Assembly (NCBI GenBank): GCA_043228905.1
Contig: JBHGNT010000006.1
Location: 12,834,001 to 12,898,000 of the forward strand
Source of the DNA: Azolla caroliniana
Taxonomy: Eukaryota; Plantae; Polypodiophyta
Length of the DNA stretch: 64,000 bases
Reading direction: 5' to 3'
Below are positions 46,887 through 60,631 of the stretch, in pieces (position 1 is the first letter of the stretch; each line of letters opens with the position of its first letter). Below the pieces are notes generated by a model. It was not told the origin of the DNA and searched no databases. It was given only the letters and a program-made list of their open reading frames with translations. The position numbers and the translations under genes were made by a program.

Positions 46887-49800
46887 GTGGAGGAGTCCCT
46901 CCGGTTACAGCAAACATCGCACCCAGACAATGGCAGCAGCCTAATAAGCCTCCGGGAAACCGAATCCCTTCTCCATGCGTTGGCAAGCGGAGAAGGCGAA
47001 GCAGAAGCCTTTTCAGCGTATGAATCAAATTCCGAAGGGGGATACAACATGCACACGAACTACCGTAGCAGCAACGACACCCCAGTCTAACTGGAGGACG
47101 AAGGATCAGACACCTTACCGACACCGGAATCGGAAGTGCTAAGGCTGGAACCTTCGAAACCAGAAGCAGAGGAAGAGCGACCTCCGACACCGGAAGTCGA
47201 GGAGGAGAGGCCTCCGTCACCAAAAGAAGAGGAAAGACCACCGACGCCGGAGATAAATCAGGAAAGACCACCGACGCCGGAGAAAAACCAGGAACGACCA
47301 CCAACACCACCAGCCCACGCACCGATACCGGACGACGACATGCCGTTCCAGTACTCCAAGTATAGAGATGATCCGGACGCGGAAGCTCATGTTCACGCCT
47401 TTGAACAGACATGGGAAGCAAACCATGTGTCCCAACGATTGACCCCGGAGGAAGAGGAACGCTCTAAGATAGCGGAATTTGGCGTCACATTGGAGGGACC
47501 GGCAGCAAGATGGCGCCGGACGCAGGACCCGTCGACCATCACCACCTTCACAGATTTAAAAGCTAAATTCTGGCATGTTTTCCAAAAGGAGGTGGACCAG
47601 ACAGTAATGGTGGGCTTGTTTTATACCATCCGACAAGAGGCAGGGGAGAGCATTCCCCAGTTTGTCATCCGGTTTCAACGAATGCATAGTCAGCTTGCCC
47701 GATCACCCCTAGAGGAGGAATTACGGACTATATTCCTGAATGCGCTCCGGGAACCCTTACGCACGGTTTGCACGGTAATTGACTTCCGCACAAGTACCAT
47801 CGATCAGATCATTGACCGGGTGAGAGAGATGGAAAAGAAAAGCTCCTGGCTCACACTGGGAGCAATCCAACGGGCGTTACCGTCCAATGAAGACCTCCGG
47901 TTTTGGCAAGCAATAATACAGTGCACAACCTGCTTGAATTCTGGACACTCGGCACTAGAATGCACTATGAGGACGCAATGTATAATCTTTCAATCCAAGG
48001 GCCATAAGACGGATAGGTGCGAGTATAATCTATTGAACCGGCAAGCACCGCCCGTCCGACAAATAGAGCCACGCAACAGCCGGGATGAAGAAGAGGAACG
48101 CTGGTGGCGAATGAACCGTGACCGACCGGCACAAGATGTCCGGTATGGTGATCGACGGGAGAATGATGTCCGGTACGGTGATCGACGGGATAACTATGAC
48201 CGGTACGATAGATATGATCGGTACCGGGATTACAATAGACGATATGAACATTATGACCGGGAGCACTCCCCCGGGTATCGTCAGCAACGGGAGGAATACG
48301 GCAGATATAACGACCAACCTCGTCAAGAGTACCGCAATAAGAAGAACTATAACAAAAAATGGCATTTCAAAAAAGGCGGCCACCCACGGGATCCGGAACA
48401 AGGAGCTTCAAGCAGCCAACAGGCCCAAAACCCCCGCGCTTACCACAGGACCTACCCCGGATACAACAAACAATGCCAAATCCAGCAATACCCGGAAAGC
48501 CTACTGCTACTACTGCCGACAAGAAGGCCATTATAGTAATCAATGCCCGACGAAGAGCTATGACAAACAACCGGCAGTAAATAAGGTAGTCCCTGAAGTG
48601 GCAGATCTACAGCAGGTGACCACAAGGTCGAAGGGCATGGCCAAGGAATGGGAGACGCAGGAGACCATCCGGAAGCAAGCGACGGAATGGGTGAAGAAAG
48701 AAAACAAGCAAAACGTCACAGACTTAGAGCGGCAAAAAGAGAACACCGTAGGGCTTGCCGGCGGCAGTCACTCCAAGAACGAGACATGGCAGGCGTTGCA
48801 AGAATGCCAGATTACGTTGCCACTAGGAAGACTCCTACAGCTCGTGCCGAGATTCACGGAAGGACTAAAGACAGCCATGACGGCAGGAGAACCATCACCG
48901 GCACCGGTACTCTTCTCGAATCCGGAGGAGGGACCAACGGTGGTGGACACCAACAGTCCGGTAATTACTGCCATTGTAAAAGGGAAAGAACTCCCTGGCA
49001 CAGTCATAGACGGAGGCTCCGGTGTGAATGTAATAAGCCTCCGGACGTGTGATGCCCTGGGAATCCACGAGTGGGAGCCGTGTCCGTTCTGGTTACGGAT
49101 GGCCGATACAAGCTCAATGCGGCCAACAAGATTAATACGAAAATTAGAAGTCACCATCGGCGGTCATACATTTCACATCTCGGCAGTAGTGCTACAATTA
49201 CAGGCATAAGGCGCGTACCCGCTATTGTTGGGCCGGCCATGGTTGAAAACGACACATATCAAACAAAATTGGAGGAAAAATATAATTACCTTTCGGCGAA
49301 GAAAAACCAAGGTACGTGTACCAACACAGCCAAGGACGAGCACTGGCAAGGAATGTACACCGTTGTATGCAGAGTGCGTCAACATGCTAGAAGGGTTAGC
49401 TGACGAAGAAGAAGCTTAGTACTTGCAGGAAAACCCGAAGATCGTACCACTCTTCGAAATTGACATTGCCGAAGCAGTAGCACCATACTTACAGTAGCCC
49501 GGAAGAGACTGAAGCAGAACCGGATAAGGACGCAATCCGAGAGTTACGGCTAGCGCAGGAAGCGTTGGAACGGGAAATGGCCGTTTCACAGTGCGTAAAA
49601 GTGTTGCAACTTGAAGAGGTGAACCTAGGGACCACGGACGAAGCAAAACCGGTGCACATCACCAAGGAGATGAAGTCCGAAGAAAAAACGGCGATGATCA
49701 CACTTCTCACGGAATTTCGTGACGTGTTTGCCTGGTCATACGAAGACATGCGAGGGCTCGACCCTCAGTTACACAAGCATCAGATTCACTTGAGCAAGGA

Positions 49801-52585
49801 CGCAAAACCAGTGGCACAAAGACGGTACTGGATGAATCCCAATTATGCCGCCAAAGTCAAGGAGGAAATTGACAAACTGCTAAGAGTTGGCTTTATCGGT
49901 CCGGTAAAGAAAGCAACATGGCTGAGCCCGATTGTAGTCGTACCGAAGAAGAACGGAAAAATTCGAGTTTGTGTGGACTACCGGAAACTCAATGCGGCTA
50001 CGGTAACGGATGTGTTTCCACTTCCGTTCACAGATGGAGTGTTGGATGCCGTCGCCGGCCATGAGGTCTATAGCTTTCTAGACGGATTCAACGGGTATAA
50101 TCAGATCCGGATGCACCCCGATGACCAAGAGAAAACGGCTTTCGTCACCGAATGGGGGGTGTTTGTGGCCGTGGTGATGATGTCCAGACTCAAAACGGCA
50201 CCGGCAACATTCCAACGAATCATCATGGAAATCTTTGGTGAAAATATCCCGGCTTTTATGCAGGTTTTCCTTGACGATTTCGCCGTCTATAGCCGGGAAG
50301 AGGACCATTTTCAGCACCTCCGTCTTTGTCTAGAAAAGTGTAGAGCGTACCGGCTAATCTTGAATCCGGCGAACTGTATATTTGGCGTGTCCAGTGGAAC
50401 CCTACTAGGACATATTGTGAGCAAGGAAGGCATTGCAGTCAACCCGGACAAAGTGAAAGCCATATTAGAAGCACCGACGCCATCAACAACAAAGGCATTG
50501 AGTCGGTTCTTAGGCCAGATCCGGTGGCACAACCGGATGCTCCGATACTTGGCCGACCTGGCTACACTGTTGCATGCCGCGGTACATCGAACACCATTCC
50601 AGTGGACCGACATCGAGGATAGGGCGTATAGGGACCTCAAGGTACTATTGTCACAAGCACCGGTAGTGCAGCCTCCGGATTGGAGTAAAGAATTTCATGT
50701 GTTCGTGGACGCCTCCGACATCACAATCGGAAGCGCACTGATGCAACTTACGGAGCCAAAGTGGTACCGGCCAGTGTACTATGCCAACCGAAAGCTATCC
50801 CAAGCGGAACGGAACTACTCTACCATGGAACGGGAAGCCCTAGGGATGATCTACAATTTGACAAAGTTTCGACATTATTTATTGGGAAGGAAGTTTTCCT
50901 TCCATGTAGATCATTCGGCACTCCTCTACCTGGTGTCCAAGGCGTCACTCACCGGTAAGTTGGCCCGGTGGACCTTACTGTTACAGGAATTCGAGTTCGA
51001 AATATTCCACTGACCCGGTATACAGCATGCCGTAGCAGATTATTTAAGCCGATTAGAGTCCGGAGAGACGGGCAACGGAGTAGCGGACGAGTTTCCGGAT
51101 GCGGAGCTGTTTCGAGTCACTACGGAAATGGCAGCAAATGAGACAGTGGCACAGGAAGACAAGTGGCTCACAAATATGCACCAGTTTTTGAGCACAAGAC
51201 TGCCTCTGGAGGAGATGAACCGGGATGAAAGGAAACGCCTGGCGGTGCAAAGCCGACATTTCTGCTTACTGCGAGACACAATTTACCACAAGGGCGCGGA
51301 CGGCATATGGAGACGGGCTATGCGCAGCGATGAAAAGGACCTCATACTGAGGGAAGCCCATTGTGGAGTTTCCGGAGGTCATTATGCCGGAGATGAGACA
51401 GCCAGGAAAATATGGCAAAGTAGCCTATGGTGGCCAACTACATTTAGAGATGTTGTACGGTACGCAAAAGAATGTGACATATGCCAACGAATGGGCCAGC
51501 CAACGGAGCAGGCTCAGATGCCACACCAGCCTGTACTACCACTCGAACCATTCCAGAAGTGGGGGCTGGACTTTGTTGGACCGTTCAAACCACCGGCAAT
51601 GAGAACAGGTAATCGGTACGTCATCGTCGCGATGGATTACTGCACGAAATGGGTGGAGGCCAAAGCCTTAAGAGACAACACCGTTGCGTCAACGGCAAAA
51701 TTTCTATACGAATACATCTGGTGCCGTTATGGATGCCTAATCGAATTAATAAGCGACCAAGGGGGGCACTTTCTCGGCCAAGTAGTTGAAAACCTGACGA
51801 CATTCTATGCCGTTGTCCATAAACAGAGCACACCGTACTATCCGCAAGCAAACGGGTTAGCTGAGTCGACGAACAAAACGCTCCAAAATATCCTCTGGAA
51901 GATCGTCAACGAAAACCGTACGGATTGGGATACCAAGCTACATAGCGCACTTTGGGCATACCAGACAGCATACAAAACGAGCATCCGAAGAACACCGTTC
52001 CGGTTAGCGTTCGGACTAGAGGCGGTCATGCCGGTGGAATTCCAAGTACCAAGCTTACGGATCTAGCTACGGGAACGGCTGAACGAGAAGGAGTCGGAGG
52101 CAATACGGTTAACAGCACTGTGTGAACTCGAGGAACAACGACTGGCAAGCATCCTGCACTTAGAATTGGAACAATGGCGACGGAAAGCATTTGTTGACCG
52201 GCACAGGAAAGGAAATGAAAAAATGTTCGAAATCGGCAAGCCGGTGTTAGTATTTCAGACCCAGATGGGCAAGATGTTGGGTAAACTACGGTTTAGATGG
52301 ACCGGCCCGTATTGGCTGACACGTGAGTATAATGGGTCCTACCAGTTAGGGACACTTGCCGGCGAAGTGCTAGGCAAATGGGTCAACAGATTCAGATTGA
52401 AGCCATATTAACCCATTTGAGCAAAGGACCGACACCGGATCGGGAACCGGTGAGGAAACGGCAACCTGTGAGGGGAATGGCAACCACCAAAACGGAGGAG
52501 ACGGCAAGCCGGTAATAGGGGAGAATGAGGCGACGGCAAACCGTAATGAGGCCGGTAAGGGTCCGATAGGACCAACGGACAACTA
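46887..52585 (+). pseudogene. gag-pol with several stops and frameshifts
   Basis: Motifs TIRQEAGESIPQFVIRF (gag), CYYCRQEGHYSNQC, VIDGGSGVNV (PR), CVDYRKLN/FLDDF (RT), VDASD (RH) and KWGLDFVGP/ISDQGGHF (INT). Confidence 0.93.
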
Positions 52586-52957
52586 ACCTCACACCACATT
52601 AAATTTTATCAAAAAAAAAAAAAAAAAGCAAAGTAATCATGCAAAAGCAAGGTATGAATGGACGAGAGAGCGAGGAGCGAAAAGGTACGTAGTGGGCATT
52701 TAAGCGCCACCACAGGACATAATGCTATTTTAGTACACGACGTGCACACGCTCGAAAAAGGCGCCAGAATGCACAGAGAAAAACCACTACGCGTGGAGAC
52801 CCTCTACTTTCGCGAACCTAGGAGCACAGAAGCACCAAGGTGTTGGAAGATCATGAGATGAGAACCTACGCACAGAGAACCCCCGCTTTCTGAACTCTCT
52901 CACTCTCACTCTCATCACCATCCAACATCGCCACCACAATCCGACCTCGACACAGAC

Positions 52958-55760
52958 ATGGACCCGCAAACGCTAACGGAAGCCACCAAGAAATGGCTAA
53001 AGCAACACGGGCTCGAGGGCTTCTTGACGATTATGCAGGCACCGCCACACAAAGAAGCCGACAAGGTGATCAAAGAAATCGACACAGAGGTCATAACGGA
53101 TGAGGCGATTCGTGCGTTAACAGGCCTTCCGGAGGGAGGCATATTCACGATCGACAATCCGACCTCGGAGCAACTCATCAAGTATTTTGGTGAGTACTCC
53201 CTAGCTAGCAAGGGCTACCGGACACAGGGCGGCGGAGATATGCTGTTCCACGAGATTCCCGTGTGCTCCACGAATACGGCCATGTGTACCCTAGACCCCC
53301 TGTCATGCCGCAGAACCGGGCAGGGATGATCATCGCCACCTATGAAGGGATCAAGGTGGATTGGCATGTATTGATCGCAGATGGTTTGTGTGTGGCGATC
53401 GAGATCGTCAGAGGAAAAGACAGCAAAGAAGGCCGAGACGGACGGAGGATATGGTACGCAGTAACGCAGTGGCTCACCTTGCTTGTGCCACCCGTCCAGC
53501 CCGTCCAGCCCAAGAAGCGGGGAAGAGTGGCGGACGGCACCCCAAAGACTGCTTCCAAAAGACAACAATTGTTGGCCTCTAAGGCCACTAAGGGGAAGGC
53601 GGCGGACGCAGAACAGGTGGGAAAGGAGAGCGCCAGCCGGAAGCGGCCAACGGATGCGCAGGAGGAACCACCGGTACGGCCCATAAAGATTACACTCCGT
53701 CGTCCAGTGAATAGAGAAGCAGACCCCTTGGCGGCGAAACTCAATACCGGGACTCAGGAAGAGGAAATAGAGGAGGAACCCACGGAGCACCTCCAACGAC
53801 GGTCGTCGGCAAGGACCGTTGAGGCAGCCGAGAAACGTTCAAACCCTCAGATGGAGGGAATACTGGCTCCCCATACTGAGACTCCCCCGCCAAGGGAGGA
53901 GCCGGAACCGGCGTGCATGGCACCGGAATCAGAAGCCCCTGCACCACCGGCAGCACCGACAAGTCCCATTCCGCCAGAGCCGGAAAGGTCAATGCAGCCT
54001 CCCTCGCCCAGCCAAGAAGAAGCGCAAGGGGAACCAGGACAGCAGGGTGGTCCACGGGCAGAAACGGAATTGCAACTCGGTGAAATCAGGTGGGACCACC
54101 CACCTACAAGCGAGCCCATCCGTCAAACCTCCGTGCAAGCGCAACAACAATGCACCGGTAGCTTGTGGCTCCGGTAGATAGGCGAACAAATTGCCGGAGC
54201 AGTGGGGTATATTGAGGTGAAAGAAAGAGCATAAAGTGAACCGTTGCTCGTCACAACCGAAAAACTAGAGAGGCCCGGTCTAGAATCTGGTGCCTTGAAA
54301 AAGGCTTGGATCAGGTCACGGCAGAAATGGCCAAATTGGCCTTAACGGCTACACAGATCCAATCACTGGTGACTCCGGTAAGTGTACAGAATAAAGAACC
54401 AGACCAACCTGTACATACTAATAAGACCCCAGCAACGGAAACCGTCCCAGAGAGAGATGCGGCGCAAGCCCAGGAGCTTGCGGAATTGAGAGATGAACTT
54501 GCCGCACAAGAAGCGCTAAGGAGCCGTGAACGGGAATTGAAGACATCGGCCGAGGCAGAATTAAAGAAGACTGCTGAGAACCTCCGCCAGGCAGAGGAGA
54601 GCCCCCGGAAAGGCCATCAAGCTTACGACCGGCTAAGGGAGGAAAAAGACAAAGTGCTGTAGGAAAAGGACAAGCTGCGGAAGACGGCGGAAACGGAAAT
54701 TGAATGGCTTAAGGAGGAGCTCCGCCAGCAGAAGGACTGCGAGGACCGGGCCCGTCGACAAATCAACGTACGGCTCAAGCAAAAGACAGATGATTTTGAG
54801 CACCTGCACCGGGACTACAAACGGCTGGAAACGGAGCATAAGGAACAGATGGCCGAGCTCCAGCAGGAAGTTGATCGGGCCGCGACGGTGCTCGCCGACA
54901 AACGAGCGGAAAATACAAGACGGTTGGACGAGGCGGAGAAGGTCCGGATGGAGCTCCAGAGTCAGCAGCAGGAAGAAAGGGAGAGAGCGACAATGGTATT
55001 GCAAAAATTACAAAGCACATATCAAAGGCAATTGACACATTACAAGGAGCAAGCAGAAGACAACGTCAAAATCATCAAGCAATTGAAGGAGGAACGGCAA
55101 GCTACAGAGATCAAATCGCAGATAGAAACGGGCCGGATTCAGTGCATCCTCCGGGCATGGCTGAATCAGACAAAACGCTTGATTGACGAAAGCTCCGTAA
55201 GATGGTGGACAAAGTGGGCACAAAATACGGCAGAACTCCAATTGCTACGGGCAGACGTGGAAAACCGGCGGAAGGAAGGAGATGATTGTTACACGTTGAC
55301 TTCCGAGGACTTCACCGCCATATGGGACGAGCTGGCCGAAGACTTCCAAGTCCTGGCGGATGAACAGCTTGTGCAGGTCCGACAACTCGTAGCTCAGCTA
55401 GACGATGATAGGCTAGACGCTCAAATCCAGTTTGAGAGCTACGAGCGGTCCCGGGTTCGGGAAGAAAAAGCACGGGAAGCGGCAACGGTTAACCTTAGTG
55501 ATGAGGAACCATCGCCGGCCGAGGGTCAGACCAGAACCAGTCAACCGGAGACCACTACGACGGACGGAGTAACGACGGAAGCGCCGGTGTCAGAGCAACA
55601 AACGGAGGAGCAGCCACAGCAGCCACCAAAGGACCAGTCGCAGCAGCCATCAACAGAGCAGCAACAGCAGCAGCAACAACCACAACAACAACAACCAATT
55701 CCAGATGAACCATTGGAGACTCTCGAACAAAGCATTCTGGATATTTTGGACGAAGAATAG
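52958..55760 (+). pseudogene. Extra ORF downstream of pol: PMD/transposase-associated-like N-terminus, Pro/Glu-rich linker, long coiled coil, poly-Q tail; broken
   Basis: Collinear pieces 52958..53329, 53263..54177, 54306..54662 and 54849..55760. Motifs ITDEAIRALTGLPEGG and EGIKVDWHVLIADGL. Confidence 0.7.
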
Positions 55761-56525
55761 CAAGGGTCGGATGGTGGATTCAACGTACAAGGTACTGTCC
55801 CATGGGCGTGCCATGTGTTACCGACTGGCAAAGGAATGCAGAGTGTGAAACGAAGGAGTTATTTAATTATTAGGAATGGTTGTAAGTAAGCTATTAGTGT
55901 GGACGAACGGACCAGAATCGGTATGCCGTTCCGGATCCGGACCGATCCCGAACAGGTGCGGATGGCACCATTTTGTACTACCGTTTTGTACTACAAACCG
56001 GAAACCTATTTAAAGGCCCGGATACAATGTAATGAGTAGCGGATAATTGATGAAGCTTAGTGTTTTATCTCTCTGTGTTAATTGTCGTTCTGCATTCATT
56101 GTTATATCTTACACGTGTGATTATTAAGGACGATCTTGCTAAGTAACCTAATTAAGTCGGATTAATCGTTGAGCCTAATCCTCTTGTCGTAACACCCCTT
56201 TGGTGAAGTGTCTTCCGTAGACACCCTGTGTTAGGCCATTGTCCGGCCCTAAGAGTTAACATAAATATGAGGCCTTTCTAACCTCATTTCATCATCTTTT
56301 GACTACGTCGAGAATCCGTTCTTGTGGTGGGTCAACTCTTGTAGCGAGCGCACCAACACCATGTACGACTCGACACCACGACGATGGTACGAGACGCCGA
56401 TGAAGGCTTGAGTCTGTCTCGATCCCTTCCCTCGGGGTTGGTCGGGTGGATTGGCATGCTTCTTTCTCTATCTCCTTTCTTATTTTATATCTATTATATC
56501 CTTATCGTATGCTTACTTTAGAACA

Positions 56526-57225
56526 TAACTCTTAAAGATATCATCCGAGAGTCCATGTAGCCGAACAACATGTTTGAAAAAAAAATCTGTTGTCTCCTCT
56601 CACGTAATGGCTTTTGCACATGGAGTAAAATGCGCCATCTTGGTGAAGCGATCGACCATGACGAACACAAAGTCGTAGCCACCAACAAAGGGAAGGTCAG
56701 TGATGAAATCCATGGAACGAGAGGCCCAAGGGCGTTTGGGGATTGGGAGGGGTTGAAGGAGACCATTTGGTCGATGATTAGATGGGTTGCAGTGAGCACA
56801 AGTGCCGCATGACTTAACGAACTCTTTGACCAAATTCCATGTTTAAGGCTACCACTACCCATGAGATATCAACGCCAAAATGACCAGCAAGTGGATCATC
56901 GTGACACTATTGGAGCACCCTGGTCCAGCACGGTCCTTCTAGGACATACAAAAGATTACCTCAAAACAAAAGGTTATCCTGAATTGTAAAATGAGCTAAA
57001 TCGGGCCTTTTGGGTTCATGGGAGGGGTCTGTGATACTTTCCTTGATCTCTGTGGCAAACTTGTCAATCATAGTGGCTTCTGCAATTTGCTTGAGCAAAG
57101 AGTCAAGGTGCACCCGAGTATTTATACAAGAATGTGGAGGTATGCATGTAAGCTAGGAAACTTCTAGGGAGTGCATGAAGACGCATTCTCTAGAAGGTTC
57201 TTGAATGTTCTAGTGATTAACCTAC
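56526..57225 (-). mobile_element. Fragment of another Tcn1-like family (INT piece joined to an LTR piece)
   Basis: VKSCGTCAHC..GLLQPLPIPKRPW..MDFITDLP..VDRFTKMAHF. 57110-57225 has tatttata and HSE-like GAAggTTCttGAAtgTTC. Confidence 0.7.
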
Positions 57226-57333
57226 TATCAAGAATAGTACTAAAACAAAGAGAGAATTAGTCATAGAGAAGGGAAGTACTATTAGTACTAAGAGGACGGA
57301 CTGCATAAGACTCATGAGAGAGAGATAGCGAAG

Positions 57334-57377
<44 letters not shown>

Positions 57378-60018
57378 AATGATAACAGATGATATATTAT
57401 GTGAAGAGTAAGTACAAAATAGCTATGAGGTTTAAGACTGGCGTTGAACCAATTTGGTTTGAAATAATGCCTTGTGCCTCTTTTTATAGTGCTCTCAGGA
57501 ATAGTTCTGAAGCTTCTAGAATGTTCTAGAGAAATCTGGAATATACAATAATTTTCTGTAGTAAAACATAAATGAAAATAATATACTACATATTGCAATA
57601 GATAATGTAATGGTCAAGAGCTCGACCCATATAATATAAGGTTATGGGTTCGAGTCTTGCCATATCATGACACTATCCCCCCCTTAAGACAACGAGTGTC
57701 ACGAGTCGGTGCTGATTGTGGACCGGGTTTGTCTAGATACTTTCAATGGAAATTAGCAAGAAGCTCTTGAGCATTGGCAACATGCTCCACGGGTTCCCAA
57801 GTACGTTCGCTCGGACTATAGCGAGCCAATCAACCAAATAATAAAGTTTGTTGCAAACAAACTTGGAGTTGAGGACAACAACCACTTCATACTTCGGGCC
57901 GGTATCCAACTCAAGCGAGGGTGGCGGTGGTGTAACACGATAAGGTTCGAGAAGAGAACTCTGGAAGACCCGATGTATCTGAAGGTGCGGAGGAAGATTA
58001 AGGCGGAACGTGACATCATTAATCTTGCCAGTAATACGGAATGGACCGAGTCGTTGATAATCCAATTTCTAGCACGGTCGAGTTGTCTTGATGTGATGAC
58101 GTAAGAGCCATACTCGATCTCCGATGGCAAAAGAGGAGGGAAGCCGATGACGATCTACATAAGTCTTCTGAGTGTGTTGAACATGAAGAACATGAGTAGA
58201 TAGACCCATTTGAATCTGGCGTAGCCTCTCCAGATCTTCCTTGGCACGAGGATTGGTAGGTAGCTCCGGACTGTCGATCACAAACCAACGAGGATGAGAA
58301 CCGGTATAAGCGTAAACTGATAAGACCCGAGTTGAGGAGTGAATATGTTGTTATATGCAAACTCCGCAAAGTGGAGAATATCAACCCAATCGTCTTGTTG
58401 ATAACTCAGAAAACACCGAAGATATTGTTCCAGTGTTTGATTCGTTCGTTCCGCATGCCCATCGGTTTGGGGATGGTAGTCGGCGGAGTGGTTGCAAGAG
58501 ACCTTGAGCATCTTGAAGAGATGCTTCCAAAATTTGGAGACGAATTGAGGTCCTCGATCACTCATGATACTATTTGGGAGGCCATTATCTGGGTTGCGGT
58601 TTCCTCACTAGTGATGGCCTTAGTACAAAGCACAAAATGTGCCATCTTAGATATATCCATCGACGACGGTTAAGATAACATCGAAACCCTTCGAGACTGG
58701 AAGATCGTTGATAAAATCAAGACAAATGGACTGCCGCGGCTTACTTGGAATTGGTAAGGATTCCAACAAGCCATATGGATGATGTCGTGGCATCTTTGCT
58801 CGGCAACAAGCATCACAGGTCCGAACATAGTCGTCGAAAAAACATCGCATATGGGGCCACCAAAAGGATCGTTGAACTAGATCCAACATCTTAGTACTAC
58901 CGAAATGTCCAGCTATATGAGTGTCATGACAATTTTAGACAATTTGAAGGCGACAAGAGTAATCGGGAACATACACGAGCTTTTTAAAGAATAATAAACC
59001 ATCATGATATTCGAATTGTCGGTAGTCCATACCTGGTTGTTGAGATTGGGAACACGATACCCGAGAGGCATCAATTTGCGCTAGAATGGCTTGAGCAAAC
59101 CTATTTGTCTTCAAGTTGGCACGTATGGTATCGATAATCCGGGAATCCAGTGGAGTGTGAAAAATCCGCGTTGTGTGCAAACGTGTTGGTCCCAAGATTA
59201 CCTGCTTTTGATTATCAAATGTTAGATCACCCGGACGAGGCGCAAGATATGAATGTCATGATAGTGCATCTGCTTTTCCTTGGTGCTTCCCTAGCCGATA
59301 CGTGATTTTGAAGTCAAAACGCATGAGGAATTGGGCCTACCGAGCTTGCCGTCGATTTAGTATACAAGTGTTCTGGAAGTAAGCATGATTTTTGTGATCA
59401 CTGAAGATGATGACCTGATGAGGAGAGCCCTCTAAGAAGTGCCGCCATTGCACAAATGAATCCACAATGGCTAATAACTCATTGTCATGTATCTCGTAGT
59501 TAATTTCCACGGCATCAAATTTGCGTGAGTTGAAAGCCACAGGATGTAACTTTTCTTTATCTCCTTGTTATGAAAGGATGATATGGAAGGGCGAAATCCG
59601 ATGCGTCAGCGTCCATGATGAATGGTTTGTTTGTATCTACATGAGCTAGAATAGGACCTCATGTAAAGGCTCTCTTAAGATGCATAAAAGCCATGTCCGC
59701 TTCATTGGACCAAAGAAATGACTATCCCTTCTTAGTAAGTTGTGTGAGAGGTAAAATAATCTTCGAGTAATCTTGTATAAACTTGCAGTAGAAGTTAGCA
59801 AAGCCTAGGAAACATTGCACATCTTGTAACGAACGTGGAGTTTGCCACTCTAGCACAATTTGGACTTAAGCTGGATCCATGGCGATGCCTTTTGAGGAGA
59901 TGAAGTACCCTAGAAATCCCACTTGCTTGCAGTCAAAGCTACACTTTTCTAGTTTGGCATAAAGACCATGCTCTTGGAGTCATTTTAGTAATAATAGTAC
60001 ATGAGAATCATGCTGTCA
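57226..60018 (-). mobile_element. Old Tcn1-like copy C (3' LTR 57226-57672; chromodomain, INT, RH, part of RT), interrupted at 60019
   Basis: Collinear with 26016-28870. PPT (rc of ctatcccccctt) at 57673-57684. Many stops. Confidence 0.9.
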
Positions 60019-60631
60019 TGTTAGGAAACAAGTCCCTCCGAATGGGAAGTGAGAAGAACACTGAGAAGAAACCGGATGACATGTACCCGGCTACGGAAGA
60101 CCCGGTGAGAACCGGATGACATGTGCCCGGCAAGCGCCGGATGATGCAAGCCCAGTGAGGAGTGCTCACCGAATGAAGGGACATATTCGTCAATAAGTTT
60201 CTGAGAGTCCATCGGGGCTATATTTGTAAATAGACGAAAAGTCATATTAGTATAAATATGACTTAGGGCAAACTTTAGATACTGTGTGTGTTGTTATTCT
60301 TGTTATTGCAAGATTAGAGCGCGTAACTGTGTACATAGAGAGAGAGAGAGAAAGAGACGAAGAGTTCGTATCTCTGTTGTAACCGCCGCCTGTGGTGAAG
60401 ATAGCAAGCTCGAGGTCTCATTGCTTTGGTGCTTTACCATTGTACATTCTGATATAGTGATAGTTCGCAGTCTATGGGTTGTCGTGGTTTTTCCCTAGTT
60501 TGGGTTTTCCACGTTAACATCCTGTGTACTCTTCTCTTCACTGTGTCGTGCATTCATTACCCGTTTTCTGTGTTTGATTCTAAGCTCGGTTGCGGCCGAG
60601 CGTTGTTCATCGGAGCATGTAGTTCCTGTCA
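60019..60631 (+). mobile_element. LTR-like fragment of an unrelated family, interrupted by copy D
   Basis: Starts tgttagg. Duplicated gaaccggatgacatgt motif, TATAAAT at 60251, and a U5-like gggttttccacgttaacatc. No second LTR in the window. Confidence 0.6.

Larger units (their letters stand above)
46250..56261 (+). mobile_element. Full-length Athila/Tat-type (non-chromovirus) gypsy with extra 3' ORF (LTRs 46250-46695 and 55816-56261)
   Basis: 446-bp TG..CA LTRs with a few substitutions. TSD TAAAT at 46245-46249 and 56262-56266. PBS TGGCGACCAC at 46703 (tRNA-Arg-like). Confidence 0.95.
34139..56525 (+). mobile_element. Decayed iMet-family chromovirus, 5'-truncated (leader/gag/PR/RT 34139-36721, RH/INT/chromodomain 44135-46063, 3' LTR 46064-46249 plus 56262-56525), host to two younger elements
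   Basis: Motifs [41 protein letters not shown]...IHPVFHVS and chromodomain-like PEKIL...IKW...DATWE. The LTR is homologous to 2705-3159. Confidence 0.88.

Noticed and set aside
52958-55760. env gene
   Set aside because: No signal peptide or transmembrane segment visible.
60014-60631. TGTCA as TSD of a complete solo LTR 60019-60626
   Set aside because: The segment does not end in CA and copy C does not resume afterwards. More likely it is interrupted by copy D.
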